Source of the DNA: an uncultured Desulfosarcina sp.
GTDB taxonomy: Bacteria; Desulfobacterota; Desulfobacteria; Desulfobacterales; Desulfosarcinaceae
Reading direction: 5' to 3'
Assembly (NCBI GenBank): GCA_963668455.2
Contig: CAXXOY010000009.1
Coordinates: 191,467-215,466 of the forward strand
DNA: 24,000 nt
This document shows, in pieces, positions 14,061 through 23,094 of the stretch; the first letter of the stretch is position 1, and every line of letters starts with the position of its first letter. The position numbers were made by a program, and so were the translations under genes. Under the pieces are notes generated by a model that saw only the letters and a program-made list of their open reading frames with translations, was not told the origin of the DNA and made no database searches.

Positions 14061-14425
14061 CAAGCTTGCTTATTCCATGACTGCGCAAGAATTTATTACC
14101 GTCTGGAATAAATAGATAATCTTCAATCCTCACTGCGACCGTTCCTGTTTAAAAATGCCCTGAAAAAAACAAATTGGCGACTGACGACCATTTTTTTCGG
14201 CACACGGAAAAGGCAAAAAGGGAAAGATCGCAATTACCAAAATCCCATTCTTTGTAACCGCTGATCATCACATCAGCGTATGTATAAAGCGATTATCCTT
14301 ACCCTGTACCCGTTTCCGGGGCGTCGCCTACGGCGATGCGGGGTAAAATCGCATTAACCGAGATTCTTATTAATCCGGTGATCTCACCGTTTGATAGATC
14401 GCTATAAGATTGCAAATGAAGGGAG

Positions 14426-15388
14426 GTGGTCGAACTGATCAACTCAACGAGGACAGATACCCTGGTAATGCAAGCGATACGAGGCATAAAGAAAACGAAA
14501 TCGGGATCAACCAAAACCAGGCACAACCATATAAAAGAAGCCCGCAGATTTGTAATAACGATTCGAAAGATAGGTTATGGTGTGAAAAGATGGAAAAATG
14601 TAACCAACCTTCACGTGCAAAAAGCGGTTGATAAATGGAAGGAAGATGGTTTGAAACCGGCAACGATCAAAGAATACTTATCCGGTGTCAGAACTATTTG
14701 CAAGATCTACGATAATGATAAAATCAAACAGGACAATACACAATTCGGGATCCCCAATCGCGTGCTTGTAGACAATCGTGATAAGTCATTGCCCCAAGAA
14801 GTGTTTCAAAATGCGGTGGCAGAATTGAAGCAAAGCAACAACAGCGATGACAATAGAGTTGCTGCCCAATTGCAATTGCAACGTTATCTTGGATTACGAG
14901 TGGAAGAGTCGTGCAAATTCAATGCGCATCAAGCAGTAATGACAAATGGTAGAGTATTCATTCAGCATGGAACAAAAGGTGGAAGGGAGCGGATAATAAA
15001 CAAGCTTACCGAAAAAGGAAAAGAGGCGATTGAATATGCAAGAAAAATATCTGGAAACAGCAATCTTATCCCCAAGGATCACAGCGAAAAACAATGGATT
15101 CAAAAATATTATCGAATAACCAGAGCCAAGGGAATTTCAAAACAAGAATGCGGAGCATCAAGCCATGGATGTCGGCATGCTTATGCACAGGATCGCTATG
15201 AAGAAATAACCGGATTTAAGGCGCCGTGCAAGTTTGACTCAAAAAGAGCATTCAGGAATAATGCAGAAACAATAGCTGGCGAAAAATGGAAAAGGTTGAA
15301 TCAGGATGCACGGCAGATAATAAAAGCTGAGTTGGGCCACGGCCCGGATCGTGACGATGTGGTAAGTCAATATTTGGGCGCGATTTAA
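14426..15388 (+). CDS. int: Tyrosine recombinase / phage-integrase-family protein
   Basis: Catalytic signature: GLRVEES (Arg I), HGCRHAYAQ (H-x-x-R-H), and LGHGPDRDDVVSQYLG (LGH ... Tyr). The start is uncertain, either GTG 14426 right after GGGAGG or ATG 14468. Confidence 0.85.
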   Translation: MVELINSTRTDTLVMQAIRGIKKTKSGSTKTRHNHIKEARRFVITIRKIGYGVKRWKNVTNLHVQKAVDKWKEDGLKPATIKEYLSGVRTICKIYDNDKIKQDNTQFGIPNRVLVDNRDKSLPQEVFQNAVAELKQSNNSDDNRVAAQLQLQRYLGLRVEESCKFNAHQAVMTNGRVFIQHGTKGGRERIINKLTEKGKEAIEYARKISGNSNLIPKDHSEKQWIQKYYRITRAKGISKQECGASSHGCRHAYAQDRYEEITGFKAPCKFDSKRAFRNNAETIAGEKWKRLNQDARQIIKAELGHGPDRDDVVSQYLGAI

Positions 15389-15417
15389 AAAAGAAGTTTT
15401 TCTTGTGCAATTTAAAA

Positions 15418-15445
15418 GCCTTCGCTTGAAAGCGAGGGCTTTTTT
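15418..15445 (+). terminator. Rho-independent terminator after the recombinase gene
   Basis: GCCTTCGC/GCGAGGGC form an 8-bp stem (one G-T) with loop TTGAAA, followed by a T6 run. An A4 run precedes it, so it may act bidirectionally. Confidence 0.75.
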
Positions 15446-15884
15446 ATTTACCGGCACTGTGAACAGCAATTCTGCAAGATACTAACACCAGTGCTGCCAT
15501 AAAGAAGTAAATTAACATTAATAGGGGATTGCCGGTAATGGTAGCCACTGAATAAAACAAGAGGAAATGGATTTCGCAACCATAGATACTATGTCAGTAA
15601 GTATCTTTTACCAATTATGTGTCATTTTACACATTTCCAATAAAACTCTTACATGAATGCCACACGTCAGTCCTATTATCTTCCTTCTTTTCTTCTTATG
15701 GACAGCTTTTCAAAAACTATTTTTCATTGTTATTTTAGTATGTTTTAAGCACATCGAGTAGAATTCTTGCATTGGCATATATGTTGCGACAACAATTGAA
15801 CGCGATTCACAGTATTTATTGAAACGCAAGATAAACCAGCCCACTACATAACGGTAGGGCCAGCCTAACATACAGAGGGTTATC

Positions 15885-16790
15885 GTGGATAAAAAAAGAA
15901 ATACGAAAAAACTAATTTGTATGACGGTTGTCGGTTTAATAATGGGGGCTTTGCCGCTGTTATTATTTGATCGTTCGGATAATAATAACGCCCAAAATGA
16001 AACCATTACAAAAACAGTTCACTACCGATTTCTAATTCGCAATACGTCCGGACAGCCGATTCAGAACGCCATTTTCTATGTCCAAACTCCCATGCAGGAG
16101 ACGGGAACTCAGCGTTGCTTAACCATTGAAGCGTCCCATCCCTATGAATTGATATCGAACAAAAACGATGGTCAACTCGCCAAGTTCATATTCAAAATTT
16201 TTCCGCCCTATGCTTCAAAAACCATATCAATCCGGGCATCCTTGGCGCTCGACACCCTGCCGAATCGAATATCCGGAACCGATCCGATATTGCTCACCTC
16301 TGTGTTAGAAAATAGCGATCCATACAAAGAAGCAATGCTTGAACTCGCAACCTCGCTAAAAGCGGACACTGTGAAAGACACGGCCACCAATATTTTTAAC
16401 TGGGTTTCCAAAAACGTTAAATACACCGGGTATTCCTCGAAAGCCAAAGGCGCCAAGCGTACTTTCATTGACCGTCAAGGTGACTGCACCGAGTTTGCGG
16501 ACTTGTTTGTTGCCTTGGCATCTCTTGCAGACATTCCCGCGCGTCGAGTTTCTGGATATCTTTCCAGCGGCTCCGGCCTCCTAAAACCGGAAGCCTACCA
16601 TGACTGGGCAGAATTTTACGATGACGGTGTATGGCACATCGCCGACCCTCAAAGAAAAAACTTCGACGCCCGCTACACAAACTATATTGCCATGCAACTG
16701 GCCAGCCCGACACCCTCTACCGATCCGATTAACGGATATAGCCGTTTTTACATCGACGGTAACGGGTTGAAAGTAAAAATGGATTCATAA
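15885..16790 (+). CDS. Membrane-anchored or secreted transglutaminase-like cysteine enzyme
   Basis: The N-terminus is MDKKRNTKKLICMTVVGLIMGALPLLLF, a signal anchor. The transglutaminase-core triad context is RQGDCTEFADLFVALASLADIPARRVSGY (Cys), AYHDWAEFY (His) and VWHIADPQ (Asp). The GTG start has AGAGGG upstream, and an alternative ATG lies at 15921. Confidence 0.85.
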   Translation: MDKKRNTKKLICMTVVGLIMGALPLLLFDRSDNNNAQNETITKTVHYRFLIRNTSGQPIQNAIFYVQTPMQETGTQRCLTIEASHPYELISNKNDGQLAKFIFKIFPPYASKTISIRASLALDTLPNRISGTDPILLTSVLENSDPYKEAMLELATSLKADTVKDTATNIFNWVSKNVKYTGYSSKAKGAKRTFIDRQGDCTEFADLFVALASLADIPARRVSGYLSSGSGLLKPEAYHDWAEFYDDGVWHIADPQRKNFDARYTNYIAMQLASPTPSTDPINGYSRFYIDGNGLKVKMDS

Positions 16791-16824
16791 TCGGGAATCC
16801 AGTCCTATTACCACGGAGGGAACA

Positions 16825-19800
16825 ATGTTCAAGAACCTTTTATCGAACAACCGGCAAACTGCGTCTTTATGGGCACTGGTGTTACTTTTTGCCTTCTTCG
16901 TGTTTTTTAACGGAACGACGGTAGTTTTTGCCGACGACAGCTTATGCGCGGTTGTCAAAATTGAAATCCAACAGGAACTTACCCTTGAGCGTCAGGCGTT
17001 CGACGCCCATATGACGATCAACAACGGTCTTTCCCACATCTCGCTTGAAGATGTAAGCATAAACGTTTGGTTTACAGATGAGGCCGAGAATCCGGTATTG
17101 GCCACATCCGATCCCAACGAAACCTCCGCCAGTTTTTTCATCAAAGTCGATTCCATGACCAATATTTCCAGTGTGGATGGGTCAGGCACCGTAGCACCAT
17201 CCACTTCAGCCGATATCCATTGGATGATAATTCCCTCCCCTGGGTCTTCCAATGGATTGGAAAGTGGCACGTTGTATTATGTTGGTGCTACGCTGTCGTA
17301 TACTCTCGGCGGGGAAGCCAATATCACAGAGGTCACTCCCGACTATATTTATGTCAAACCAATGCCTACTATCGCGCTGGACTATTTTCTTCCTTCCGAG
17401 GTCTATGGCGATGACGCTTTCACTACAGAAATCGAAGCGCCGGTACCTTTTTCCCTGGGCGTTAGGGTTTCAAACAACGGAGACGGAACTGCACGTCAAC
17501 TTAAAATCGAGTCCGCCCAGCCCAAGATTGTAGAAAACGAACAGGGACTGCTTATCGGGTTTGCATTAGAGGGCAGCCAGGTAAACGGGCAACCGGCAAC
17601 CGATAGTCTGATGGTTGATTTCGGCGATATAGCGCCTGGGACCTCGGGAACTGCCCGTTGGACCATGAGCTGTACCCTCTCGGGCAAATTTACTGAATTT
17701 GAAGCGGATTTTTCCCATTCGGACGAACTGGGCGGCGAGGTGACTTCGCTTATAAATGCAGCTCAGACCCACTTTTTAGTACATGATGTTCTGGTTGATC
17801 TGGTCGGGCGGGACCAAATTCGCGACTTTCTTGCCAAGGATGGCGACATTCTGCGTGTTTATGAATCGGATAACGTGGATACCGTGGCAACCGATCTGTC
17901 CTCCCAGACAGGAATATACTACCAGGGTACCCAAAACGGCCGGCCGGTTTATAAATTCTCTATGCCCGTCAATGTTGGATTCGTATATACCCGCCTTCCC
18001 GACCCTTACAATGGCAGCAAGGTTATTTATTCAGCTGTTCGAAACGATGGAAAAGTCATTAAAACCGATAATATCTGGCTTTCCAAATCTCGGGACGAAC
18101 AGAGCTGGGATTATTACATCGACCTGTTCGATGCAAACACCACCGGTGAATACACCGTGGTGTTCGATGATCCGGAAGCCACTCCCCAGGCACCGGTGCT
18201 TCAATACATAGCCAATGTCATTGCCATTGAAGGCGAACGCATTTCTTTTGTCTCCATGGCCAGCGATCCGGATGGCACCATTCCATCCTTGTCCGCCGCC
18301 GTGCTGCCGGCTGGGGCTACATTCACCGATCAAGGCGACGGCACAGGTGTTTTTGACTGGAAAACGGTGGTCGGCCAGGCCGGCTCCTACGGGATTACTT
18401 TTAAAGCCTCCGACAGTGCGTTGTATAATACCCAACGGGTAATTCTGACCATACGTTCCATTGACGATACAGATGGCGACGGTATGAGCGACGCCTGGGA
18501 GATGGCGAATTTCGGTACTCTGGACCGCGATGGCACCGGCGACTTCGACGGCGATGGAATCAGCGATCTGGATGAATACCTGGCCGGTTCCGATCCCACG
18601 GACGAAGACCATGCTCCCACCGTGCCGGCAATTATCTCCCCCTTGCCGGGTGAATCAGTATCTGCTTTAATCCCGGCGCTGGAAATCGAAAACAGTACCG
18701 ATGCAGACGATGATGAAATTTCTTATCAATTTGAAATCTATGCAGATGACCAATACAGCACTTTGGTCGCTGCCAATGATAATGTCCCCCAAACCATGGA
18801 CACCACTTCCTGGACGCTTACAGAGGAGCTAACCGAAAACCAGAACTATTTCTGGCGGGTACGGGCCACGGACGGCTACAGCTTCAGCCAATGGGCCTAT
18901 GGAAGCTTCTTTGCCGCAGGCGAGAACGACTCGCCACAAGGAGTGGCTATTAGTTTCCCACAGGACGGTTTTGACGTCGATTCCCTGAATCCCTTGTTGG
19001 AGGTAACCGGCATCTCCGATCCCGACGAGGAAGAGCTTACCTGTTCCTTTGAAGTATATGAAGACATGGCCATGACCGCCCCTGTTGCAGAAGTGCATGA
19101 TCTGATTGTCCAGGCTGACGGCGTGGTTGATTGGGCAGTGAATGTAGAGTTATCGGACAACACAACCTATTTCTGGCGTGCAGTAGTGACCGATGACCAA
19201 GGTGCGGTTGAAGAAACATCTTTAGCCTCTTTTACGGTCAATACGAGTAACCACGCCCCAAACGTTCCGATCATCAATTTTCCTGCCTATGGGGAAGATG
19301 TATCGTCAACATCGGTGGAACTATCGGTGGTCAATGCACAGGACACCGATGGCGATATCCTTGACTATTATTTCGAAATCGATACGGACCCCGGTTTTAA
19401 CAGCTCTGAGAAACATGTTTTCGATTTCATAGAAGAAGGCGTGGATATAACATCCTGTCCGGTCTCAAACTTGAGCGACAACACCACCTACTATTGGCGT
19501 GCCATGGCCACGGACAACCTTTCCTCAAGTAGATGGGTAAACGGTAGTTTTTTCGTCAACACCGCCAATAATGAACCGAATGCCCCCGCCTTGAAGAACC
19601 CTGGCGAGGAAGCCTGGGTAGGCGTACTAAAGCCGAACCTGATCCTTGCTGATGGCGTTGATGTGGACAACGATTCCTTGAGCTATCGATTTGAGGTGTA
19701 CTCTGATTCTAACCTGGAAAATCTGGTCGCATGGGCTAAATCCGAATCCTGCGATTGGACGGTGGTCACCGAGCTGACCGATCAAACCCGTTATTACTGG

Positions 19801-22800
19801 AGAGCCCGCGCAATCGATGAGCATGGCGACGAAGGCGATTGGAGCTGCACGGCATCCTTCTTTGTAAAAGAGGAGGAACAGCCGCAACCTGAAGTGATCA
19901 CAGTCAATGTTTCCACCGACAAGGGTGATGGGCTCGAAAACATTAAGGTTTACGTATTTACCGAGGCCGATAGATACACAGGCGTCAGTGCCACAACGGA
20001 AACGGACGGAAGTGCGATTTTCGATGTAGATGCATTGGAACCGGGCGTGTATAAGTTCAGAGCCGACTACCTGCGCAGCAAATTCTGGTCGGACGCCGTA
20101 TCCATCCCGGAAACCGCAACCGTTCCTATACAGATAGACGTGGAAACCGTGACCGTCAATGTCGGTACGGCGTTCGGAACGGTGTCCGGAGCAAGGGTTT
20201 ATCTCTTCTCGGAATCGGGTAAATATCTTGGCGTTTATCTGGAAACCGACGCCAATGGCCAGGTATCCTTTGATCTTCCCGCTGGGGAAACCTACCTCTT
20301 CAGGGTCGATATTCTACGCAACCAATATTGGAGTGCCGTAACCACCATACAGTCTGGTGAAAGCACTGCTGTTGACGTCGATGCAGGCGGCGGAAAGCTC
20401 CAAGTTGTCGTGAAAAAGGATGAAACGGCGACTATCGAAGGGACAAAAGTCTATCTTTTTAACGACAGCGAGAAATACCTTGGTGTTTGTGCCACCACGG
20501 ACGATGCCGGCACCGTGGAATTTAATGTCACCGAAGCCGATTATAAAATAAGGGTCGATTATCTGGGATACAAATATTGGAGCGAGACGCTTCATATAAC
20601 GACCGATACAGTTGAAACCATGGTTATTCCACACCAAGAAGTCAGGTTGACACTGCAAGGTCGCTATCAGGAAATCGACACACCAATATCCGGCATCAAA
20701 AGCTACCTTTTCACCTCGGACAGTTCCTATGTGAAACAGTACCTGGAAACCGACGATAATGGCCAGGCCACTTTCTACCTCCCCGAAAAGGAATACAAAA
20801 TCCGCTCGAATGCTTTCAAAAGCCAGTATTGGTCGGAGCCCTTCATCTGGGAAGACCCGGTAATAACCATTCCCATGGCCGAGGCACGGATCACGGTGGA
20901 CGCTGCCGGCGTTCCCAAGGAGAATGTGCCTGTCTACGTGTTTAACGCGGATGGAAACTACCTGGGTATCAAGGACGTCACCGACGAAAACGGTCAGGCG
21001 ATCTTCCGGATTCCTGAAGGCGAATATGCATTTCGCGCGGACTATCTGAAAAACAAATTCTGGGCGGAAAGCTGCACAGCGGTCGCCGATATGGTTAACG
21101 ACTTTAGCGTATCGCTTGGCGGAGGCACCTTTCAACTGACTGTCATGGACGATGACGATGCGCCGATTTCAGGTGCTAAGTGCTACGTTTATAATGAAAA
21201 CGACGCCTATGTCGGCCTAAAGGCAGCCGCCGACGATAATGGCGTGGCAAGTTTCGATCTTGCCAATGGTACTTACCGTTTCCGCGTGGACTATTTAGGG
21301 CATCGTTTTTGGAGCGACTCCGTCACGGTAACCGGCAATGCTGAAGAAACCATGGTTATCGCAAAATCCATGGTTTGGGTCCGTGTTCTCATGGCGGACG
21401 GCGTCGCCACCGGAGCCAAAGTTTATCTTTTCTCCGAATCCGATAAATACCTCGGGCAATATGCCGTAACCGACGATAATGGCGAAGTTGAATTCGACCT
21501 GCCCACCGGCGTTGTCTTTAAATTCCGGGCCAACATTCTTGGCAGCCAGTACTGGAGCGAAGACATCACCGCTTCGGACGATTTATCCACCGTGACAATC
21601 GATGCCGGCGGCGGCCGGCTGCAAGCAACGGTTCAAACCGACGATGGAACGCCTTTATCCGGCCTATCGGCATATCTCTTCAGCGAAGAAGGAAAATACC
21701 TTGGCCTTTCCCAAACCACGGATGCATCCGGTGATATAGCCTTCACCGTTCCCGAGGGCTCATACCGCATTCGCGTCAACTATCTGGGATACACGTTCTG
21801 GGAAGAAGATATAGAGGTTATTGACGACACCACGGTTTCGTTCATCATCGCAATTCAGCCGACAACGATCACCGTTGCCGGCGGCTACCAGGGTGTGGAT
21901 ACGGCACTTGAAGACATTCGTGTTTATCTTTTCAGTCCCACCGGGAAATATTTGGGTCTTTCCGGTTATACCGACGACCAAGGCACGGTAGTCTTCGATC
22001 TCCCCAAGCAAGACTATATGGTTCGAGTAGATTTGGCGGGAACACAATTCTGGTCCGATCCGTTTACCTGGCAGGATACCACCGTGAGAATTCCCATGAC
22101 CGAAGCCGTGGTAACGGTGACCGGAGCCGGCCTTCCCACCGCGAGTTGTAATGTCTACCTTTTTTCTGCCGATAATACTTACCTGAAAAGCAAAATAACT
22201 ACCGACGATCAAGGGTCGGTCCGTTTTCATTTGCCTGCGCAAACATATAGATTCCGAGCGGATTATCAGGCCAAACAGTACTGGAGCGGAGATGTTGTTC
22301 TGGAAGCGGATGCTGAAAACCCGGTACTGATCAGCGTCGGCGGTGGAAATGTCACACTTGGCGTTAAAAAGGACGATGGTACAGCCATTGCCGGCATCAA
22401 CTGTTATGCGTTTGCCGATAGCGGCTCTTACCTTGGCCTTAAAGGCGCCACTGGCGATGATGGGCAGGTTGCCTTCAGCCTGGCTGACGGTGATGTGAAA
22501 TTCCGCGCGGATTATTTTGGCTACAAATACTGGAGCGACATCCTCTCTGTTCCCGGCAACCAGAACCAAACCATTACCATCGAGCATTCAGACATCTCTG
22601 TTACTTTTCAGGGGCGTTATCAGGGAACAATTCAGCCCTTGGAAGGGCGTAAGGTGTATTTGTTTACGCCTTCCGGCCGCTACCAGGGGCAAAACCGGGT
22701 TACCGATGCCGAAGGGCATGTCAGCTTCAATTTGCCAGACCAATTGTATCAGGTTCGCTGTGATGAATTGCGCCGGAAATATTGGTCGGAGTCTTTTCAA

Positions 22801-23076
22801 TCGCGGGATACCACGGTCACCGTTCCCATGGGACAGGCTGTGATCGATGTGACCTTTTCCGGTGAACCGGCCGAGAATGCCAGGGTTTATCTGTTCAGCG
22901 ATGAGAATCGTTACCTGGGCCGATACGAGACCACCGACAGCGATGGGACCGTTCGATTCATGCTCCCGGTTGGTTCGTATCTTTTCCGCACAAACCTGGA
23001 TGGCAAACAAAGCTGGACAGATATCACGGAGGTAACCGCTGACCTGGAAACTGTCGCCGGCGTGGCGATGGAATAA
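16825..23076 (+). CDS. Giant secreted multi-domain repeat protein (2083 aa)
   Basis: GGAGGG precedes the ATG. The signal peptide is MFKNLLSNNRQTASLWALVLLFAFFVFFNGTTVVFA/DD. A roughly 410-aa N-terminal region carries a CARDB-like segment (VRVSNNGDGTARQLKIE). An Ig/cadherin-like domain spans about aa 455-545, and Asp-rich TSP3-like Ca-binding repeats span aa 546-596. Four beta-sandwich repeats of about 105 aa follow, then 13 repeats of 77-84 aa resembling carboxypeptidase-regulatory or Cna-B-like domains. I recognised no C-terminal sorting signal. Confidence 0.9.
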   Translation: MFKNLLSNNRQTASLWALVLLFAFFVFFNGTTVVFADDSLCAVVKIEIQQELTLERQAFDAHMTINNGLSHISLEDVSINVWFTDEAENPVLATSDPNETSASFFIKVDSMTNISSVDGSGTVAPSTSADIHWMIIPSPGSSNGLESGTLYYVGATLSYTLGGEANITEVTPDYIYVKPMPTIALDYFLPSEVYGDDAFTTEIEAPVPFSLGVRVSNNGDGTARQLKIESAQPKIVENEQGLLIGFALEGSQVNGQPATDSLMVDFGDIAPGTSGTARWTMSCTLSGKFTEFEADFSHSDELGGEVTSLINAAQTHFLVHDVLVDLVGRDQIRDFLAKDGDILRVYESDNVDTVATDLSSQTGIYYQGTQNGRPVYKFSMPVNVGFVYTRLPDPYNGSKVIYSAVRNDGKVIKTDNIWLSKSRDEQSWDYYIDLFDANTTGEYTVVFDDPEATPQAPVLQYIANVIAIEGERISFVSMASDPDGTIPSLSAAVLPAGATFTDQGDGTGVFDWKTVVGQAGSYGITFKASDSALYNTQRVILTIRSIDDTDGDGMSDAWEMANFGTLDRDGTGDFDGDGISDLDEYLAGSDPTDEDHAPTVPAIISPLPGESVSALIPALEIENSTDADDDEISYQFEIYADDQYSTLVAANDNVPQTMDTTSWTLTEELTENQNYFWRVRATDGYSFSQWAYGSFFAAGENDSPQGVAISFPQDGFDVDSLNPLLEVTGISDPDEEELTCSFEVYEDMAMTAPVAEVHDLIVQADGVVDWAVNVELSDNTTYFWRAVVTDDQGAVEETSLASFTVNTSNHAPNVPIINFPAYGEDVSSTSVELSVVNAQDTDGDILDYYFEIDTDPGFNSSEKHVFDFIEEGVDITSCPVSNLSDNTTYYWRAMATDNLSSSRWVNGSFFVNTANNEPNAPALKNPGEEAWVGVLKPNLILADGVDVDNDSLSYRFEVYSDSNLENLVAWAKSESCDWTVVTELTDQTRYYWRARAIDEHGDEGDWSCTASFFVKEEEQPQPEVITVNVSTDKGDGLENIKVYVFTEADRYTGVSATTETDGSAIFDVDALEPGVYKFRADYLRSKFWSDAVSIPETATVPIQIDVETVTVNVGTAFGTVSGARVYLFSESGKYLGVYLETDANGQVSFDLPAGETYLFRVDILRNQYWSAVTTIQSGESTAVDVDAGGGKLQVVVKKDETATIEGTKVYLFNDSEKYLGVCATTDDAGTVEFNVTEADYKIRVDYLGYKYWSETLHITTDTVETMVIPHQEVRLTLQGRYQEIDTPISGIKSYLFTSDSSYVKQYLETDDNGQATFYLPEKEYKIRSNAFKSQYWSEPFIWEDPVITIPMAEARITVDAAGVPKENVPVYVFNADGNYLGIKDVTDENGQAIFRIPEGEYAFRADYLKNKFWAESCTAVADMVNDFSVSLGGGTFQLTVMDDDDAPISGAKCYVYNENDAYVGLKAAADDNGVASFDLANGTYRFRVDYLGHRFWSDSVTVTGNAEETMVIAKSMVWVRVLMADGVATGAKVYLFSESDKYLGQYAVTDDNGEVEFDLPTGVVFKFRANILGSQYWSEDITASDDLSTVTIDAGGGRLQATVQTDDGTPLSGLSAYLFSEEGKYLGLSQTTDASGDIAFTVPEGSYRIRVNYLGYTFWEEDIEVIDDTTVSFIIAIQPTTITVAGGYQGVDTALEDIRVYLFSPTGKYLGLSGYTDDQGTVVFDLPKQDYMVRVDLAGTQFWSDPFTWQDTTVRIPMTEAVVTVTGAGLPTASCNVYLFSADNTYLKSKITTDDQGSVRFHLPAQTYRFRADYQAKQYWSGDVVLEADAENPVLISVGGGNVTLGVKKDDGTAIAGINCYAFADSGSYLGLKGATGDDGQVAFSLADGDVKFRADYFGYKYWSDILSVPGNQNQTITIEHSDISVTFQGRYQGTIQPLEGRKVYLFTPSGRYQGQNRVTDAEGHVSFNLPDQLYQVRCDELRRKYWSESFQSRDTTVTVPMGQAVIDVTFSGEPAENARVYLFSDENRYLGRYETTDSDGTVRFMLPVGSYLFRTNLDGKQSWTDITEVTADLETVAGVAME
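18613..19872 (+). repeat. Four tandem coding repeats of about 105 aa inside the giant gene
   Basis: A recurrent pattern is seen: P-x-x-P ... acidic cluster (NSTDADDDEISYQFEIY / ISDPDEEELTCSFEVY / AQDTDGDILDYYFEID / GVDVDNDSLSYRFEVY) ... NTTY(F/Y)WRA ... W..GSFF. The (F/Y)WR anchors fall at aa 676, 783, 890 and 991. Confidence 0.8.
19888..23073 (+). repeat. Thirteen tandem coding repeats of 77-84 aa with higher-order three-unit modules
   Basis: The anchor motif (K/R)VY(L/V)F...YLG...TD..G.V.F.LP.G.Y.FR.DY....YWS recurs at aa 1041, 1124, 1208, 1292, 1369, 1452, 1532, 1615, 1699, 1776, 1859, 1943 and 2020. Unit subtypes (GGG-type, RYQ-type, PM.EA-type) recur in the same order three times. Confidence 0.8.
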
Positions 23077-23094
23077 ACCATTGGAGAATAATCG

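Larger units (their letters stand above)
1..15450. mobile_element. Segment of a conjugative element (ICE or conjugative plasmid) with T4SS, partition, TA, leading-region-type and recombinase modules. The left end lies outside the window and the right boundary is uncertain.
   Basis: TraG_N-like protein, T4CP ATPase, ParA/ParB, IHF, AbiE, ssb/primase/DUF932/radC and a tyrosine recombinase occur together, mostly co-directional with short or overlapping junctions. An AT-rich break follows the recombinase terminator. Confidence 0.7.

Noticed and set aside
13936-14526. Small minus-strand ORFs 13936-14133 and 14299-14526 in the radC-int spacer
   Set aside because: They overlap the ends of radC and int, run through the hairpin repeats, and have no SD or recognisable motif.
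15710-16006. 98-aa minus-strand ORF spanning the AT-rich gap and the start of the transglutaminase gene
   Set aside because: It is an AT-rich, low-complexity translation that overlaps the better-supported + strand start region. It is probably spurious.
19888-23073. Whether the regular spacing of about 240 nt could be a CRISPR array or non-coding satellite
   Set aside because: The periodicity is seen at the protein level (77-84 aa units, diverged at DNA level) inside an intact ORF. There are no short identical direct repeats with unique spacers.
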